Of a DNA stretch of 64,000 nucleotides, positions 60,968 to 64,000 are shown piece after piece. Where the stretch lies: NCBI GenBank assembly GCA_965228735.1, contig OZ245838.1, forward strand, positions 1,760,001 to 1,824,000, in the 5' to 3' direction. Source of the DNA: Planctomycetota bacterium. Lineage in GTDB: Bacteria > Planctomycetota > UBA1135 > UBA2386. Numbering within the stretch: position 1 is the first letter of the stretch; each line of letters starts with the position of its first letter. The notes beneath the pieces are model-generated. The model was not told the DNA's origin and searched no databases. It saw only the letters and a list, made by a program, of their open reading frames with translations. The position numbers and the translations under genes were made by a program.

Positions 60968-61785
60968 CGCCCTCGCAGGAACCGGCCGATGCGATCCCCG
61001 AGTTCGGTGCCGCGCTCGAACGCCAGGTTGTTGTGACCGGCGCCCGGCACGCGCACGAACTCGGTCGCGCCCCCGAGACGGTTCGCGAGCTGCTCGCCGA
61101 GCTCACACGGCACGATCGCATCGCGCTCGCCGTGCACGACGAGCGCGGGGCACGTCACGTCGGGCGCGGGCGTCATGCTGTCGAAGCGATGCCGCAGGAA
61201 GAGGCCGACCGGCACGAACCAGAAGCGCGCCCGCGCGGCGGCCAGCAGCGTCGACGGCGGCGCGGCGAGGAACAGACGCACGACCTTCGACTGCCGCTCG
61301 GAGCGCGCCGCGACGTGCACCGCGCAGAACGAGCCGAGGGAGATGCCACCGACGACGAACGGCACCCCGAGCCGCGACGCGAGCGCCTCGGCGTGCGCCG
61401 CCGCGCGTTCGGCCGCGTCGAGCAACGCCGGCACGCTCGGCGCCCCCGCGCTCGCGCCGTAGCCCGGATACTCGGGACAGACGACCGCGAGATCCTGCCG
61501 GGCGAACAACGCCGCGCGATAGCAGCCGCTGACGAGGTCCTCGCCGTTGCCGACGAAGAACAGCAGCACGGCGGCCGGCTCCTCCGGCACGGCCTCGGCG
61601 ATCCGGAACGGTCCCGCCGACCCCGCGATCTCGCGCACCCGCACGCCGGGCGGCGGCGCGATCGGCCGACTCCCGAACCGCGCCCCGGGGAACACCAACG
61701 CGTCCTGCGACAGCCAGAGCATCAGCACGAGCGCGACCCAGCCCGCGGCAACCAGTCCCAACAAGATCCACACGCGTCGCCGCAT
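60964..61785 (-). CDS. Alpha/beta hydrolase
   Basis: EYPGYGAS, GISLG, VHGERDAIVP, GAGHNN. Confidence 0.9.
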   Translation of the reverse strand: MRRRVWILLGLVAAGWVALVLMLWLSQDALVFPGARFGSRPIAPPPGVRVREIAGSAGPFRIAEAVPEEPAAVLLFFVGNGEDLVSGCYRAALFARQDLAVVCPEYPGYGASAGAPSVPALLDAAERAAAHAEALASRLGVPFVVGGISLGSFCAVHVAARSERQSKVVRLFLAAPPSTLLAAARARFWFVPVGLFLRHRFDSMTPAPDVTCPALVVHGERDAIVPCELGEQLANRLGGATEFVRVPGAGHNNLAFERGTELGDRIGRFLRGR

Positions 61786-61966
61786 CGTCCGCCAGAAGAC
61801 GTTAGCAGGCGAGCCTGACTTCCCGTCCGAAGCGTCCAGGGACGGGAAGAATGTCGGGTCCGAGGCGTCCCACGCGCTGCCCGGGATAGGCTGTCAGGAT
61901 CCCGTTCATGCTTCGGCTCGACGAAAATCGGAACGCATACACGCCACCGGCCAGGAGGGCCCGGCC

Positions 61967-64000
61967 GTGAGTCGCACTGCCCTCGCGATCGCGCTCGCGG
62001 CACTGGCGGCGCTGCTCGTCGCGGGCTGGCTCTGGTGGGCCGGCGCGACGAGCCCGACTCCGGTCGTGCCGCCGCCGGGACCGAACGACGACCCGAACGG
62101 CACGGCCGCTGCCGGAGCGGGCGAGGCCGTGGGCGCGGGCACCGGCTCGCCCGTCGTGCCCGAGCCGCCGCCCGCCGATCGCGCGCCGGACCGCGTGCGC
62201 ACCGAGCCGCAGATCGACCACCCCCAGGGGCTGCTCGGCCGGGTCGTCGATCGCAATCTGCAGCCGCTGCCCGACGTCGACGTCTTCCTCATCGAGAGCG
62301 CGCGCAACCAGCTGCTCGATCTCGCGACGCTGCGCGAGCAGGGCCTGCTGATGGGGCCGGTCGCGCAGACCAGGACGGCCGGCGACGGCAGCTTCGCGCT
62401 CGGACTCGCGCTCGCGACGGACAAGCTCTACGAGCTGCGATTCCTGCGCGGCGGCCTCGCCGATGCGCGCGTCGGTGACCTGCGCGTGCTCGCCGGTGAA
62501 TGGCACGACGTCGGCCGCGTGACGATGCTGCGCGGCACGACCGTCCGCGGCCGCGTGACCGCCGAAGGCACCAACTCCCCGGTGCCACGCGCGATCGTGA
62601 GCATCGCCGCGCGCAGCGTGTTCGAGGATGCCGCGCTGCAGGGCATCCCGGGCCGCGAGCACGGTCTGCACGCGATGACTGGCGCGGACGGCACGTTCCA
62701 GATCGAGAACGCGCCAGCTGCCGCCGTCGTCGCGGTCAGCGCGTCGGCGCCGGGCTTCGCGCGCGTGATCCAGCACGAGGTCGACCTCAGCAAGCAGGAC
62801 ACCGTCGCCGTCGACTTCGCGCTGCCGCCGGGCCTCACGATCACGGGCCGGGTGTCCGACGAACGTGGCGGCGCTCTGCATGGCGTGCGGGTCGAGGCCT
62901 GGCCCGAGACGGCCGCGTTGCCGCCGTGCGTCGCCCACACCCGCGCCGATGGCACGTTCGAGATCCCCGGCCTGCGCGCCGGCCCGCACCGGCTGCGCGC
63001 GATCAGCCGCACGCACCAGCAGCGCGACCTCGACGCGATCGCCGCCGGCGCGCGCGACGTCGCGATCGGCCTGCTCGCGCGCGCGAGCGTGACCGTGCGG
63101 GTCCTGGGCGACGACCGCCCCGTGCGTGATTTCCGGCTCGGCCTGCGGCGCTACTTCCCGCCGCCGACCGCGCCCGACGCGCCCGCCCCGAGCGGCCCGC
63201 AGGTCGGCGACCTCGGTTCGATCGGCCGCGTGCGCGCGGTGGCGGACCGCCGCGTGCGCCTCGGGCCGGCCGAACGCGAGTTCACGCGCAGCGGCCTGCC
63301 CGACGGCACGTTCGTCGCGCAGATCCACGCGCGCGGCTGGGCCAAGACGGTGTCGGAACCGTTCGTGATCGACCCCGCGAACCGAACCGCGACCGTCACC
63401 GTGACGCTGACGCGCGGCAGCACGCTGCGCGGTCGCGTCGTGCTCGAACGCTCCGGCCCGCTCGCGGGCGCGACGGTTCGCACGCGGCCGAACGGCGCGC
63501 GCCCGGACAACCCGTTCTGGCGCATGCTCGCGGCGGCCGCTCCCGACCGCATCACGGAGCGCAGTGTCACGACGGACGCGAACGGCCGCTTCGAGCTGCC
63601 GCAGCTCGCGTTCGGCGACTATCAGCTGCAGGTCGATCACCCCGACGCGTGCCGGGCGCGCGTCGAGGGCCTCACGCTGCGGCGCGCCGGCGTCATCGAG
63701 CTCGGCGACGTGACGCTCGCGACGGGCGCGCTCGTTTTCGGCCGCGCGACGGCGAACGGCCGGATCGCGGGCCAGGTCCGCGTCGTGTTGACGACCGCCG
63801 CAGCCGCGGCGGCGTCGGCCGGACAGCCCACGGCGGGCAACCCGCCCGGGCCGAACGAGCCCCCAGGCCAGAACGGCGCCCCCGAGGTCGGCGACGCGCT
63901 GCGGCTCGAGACGGTGACCGATCGCACGGGGGCGTACACCCTGCCGCGACGCGTGCCGCCCGGCGAGTACGAACTGCGCGCCGCGGTCATCGATGCGACC
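61967..64000 (+). CDS. Membrane-anchored protein with repeated carboxypeptidase-regulatory-like domains, 3' partial
   Basis: GTG 61967, N-terminal TM (ALAALLVAGWLWW); frame appears open to the window end with repeated GRV...TxADGxF units. Confidence 0.75.
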   Translation, partial: MSRTALAIALAALAALLVAGWLWWAGATSPTPVVPPPGPNDDPNGTAAAGAGEAVGAGTGSPVVPEPPPADRAPDRVRTEPQIDHPQGLLGRVVDRNLQPLPDVDVFLIESARNQLLDLATLREQGLLMGPVAQTRTAGDGSFALGLALATDKLYELRFLRGGLADARVGDLRVLAGEWHDVGRVTMLRGTTVRGRVTAEGTNSPVPRAIVSIAARSVFEDAALQGIPGREHGLHAMTGADGTFQIENAPAAAVVAVSASAPGFARVIQHEVDLSKQDTVAVDFALPPGLTITGRVSDERGGALHGVRVEAWPETAALPPCVAHTRADGTFEIPGLRAGPHRLRAISRTHQQRDLDAIAAGARDVAIGLLARASVTVRVLGDDRPVRDFRLGLRRYFPPPTAPDAPAPSGPQVGDLGSIGRVRAVADRRVRLGPAEREFTRSGLPDGTFVAQIHARGWAKTVSEPFVIDPANRTATVTVTLTRGSTLRGRVVLERSGPLAGATVRTRPNGARPDNPFWRMLAAAAPDRITERSVTTDANGRFELPQLAFGDYQLQVDHPDACRARVEGLTLRRAGVIELGDVTLATGALVFGRATANGRIAGQVRVVLTTAAAAAASAGQPTAGNPPGPNEPPGQNGAPEVGDALRLETVTDRTGAYTLPRRVPPGEYELRAAVIDAT

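Overview
High-GC window, probably from a Planctomycetota bacterium (inferred from the groEL-groES-groEL-dnaJ-grpE operon, EF-P with a PGN loop and many secreted or HEAT-like proteins). It holds about 50 protein genes; I recognised no rRNA, tRNA, CRISPR array or mobile element. The main signal is at 354-3251: a tightly coupled operon (DsrE-like, TusA-OsmC fusion, single-barrel MetE-like enzyme, Cys-rich domain-TusA fusion) behind an outer-membrane beta-barrel gene. The MetE-like gene is interrupted by one in-frame TGA (2143-2145) directly followed by a bacterial SECIS-like hairpin, and all its Zn ligands lie downstream of the TGA. This makes it a candidate selenocysteine-containing MetE-family enzyme in a sulfur/selenium relay. 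Other observations: a recurrent C-terminal domain on four secreted proteins, a duplicated Fur-like box, an NtrC-type regulator without GAFTGA, a sigma54/enhancer architecture upstream of the chaperone operon, a secretin N-domain protein without a barrel, an internally deleted esterase, a beta-lactamase-fold pseudoenzyme and an EF-P with Asn at the loop tip. All family calls come from motif recognition; no database search was run.
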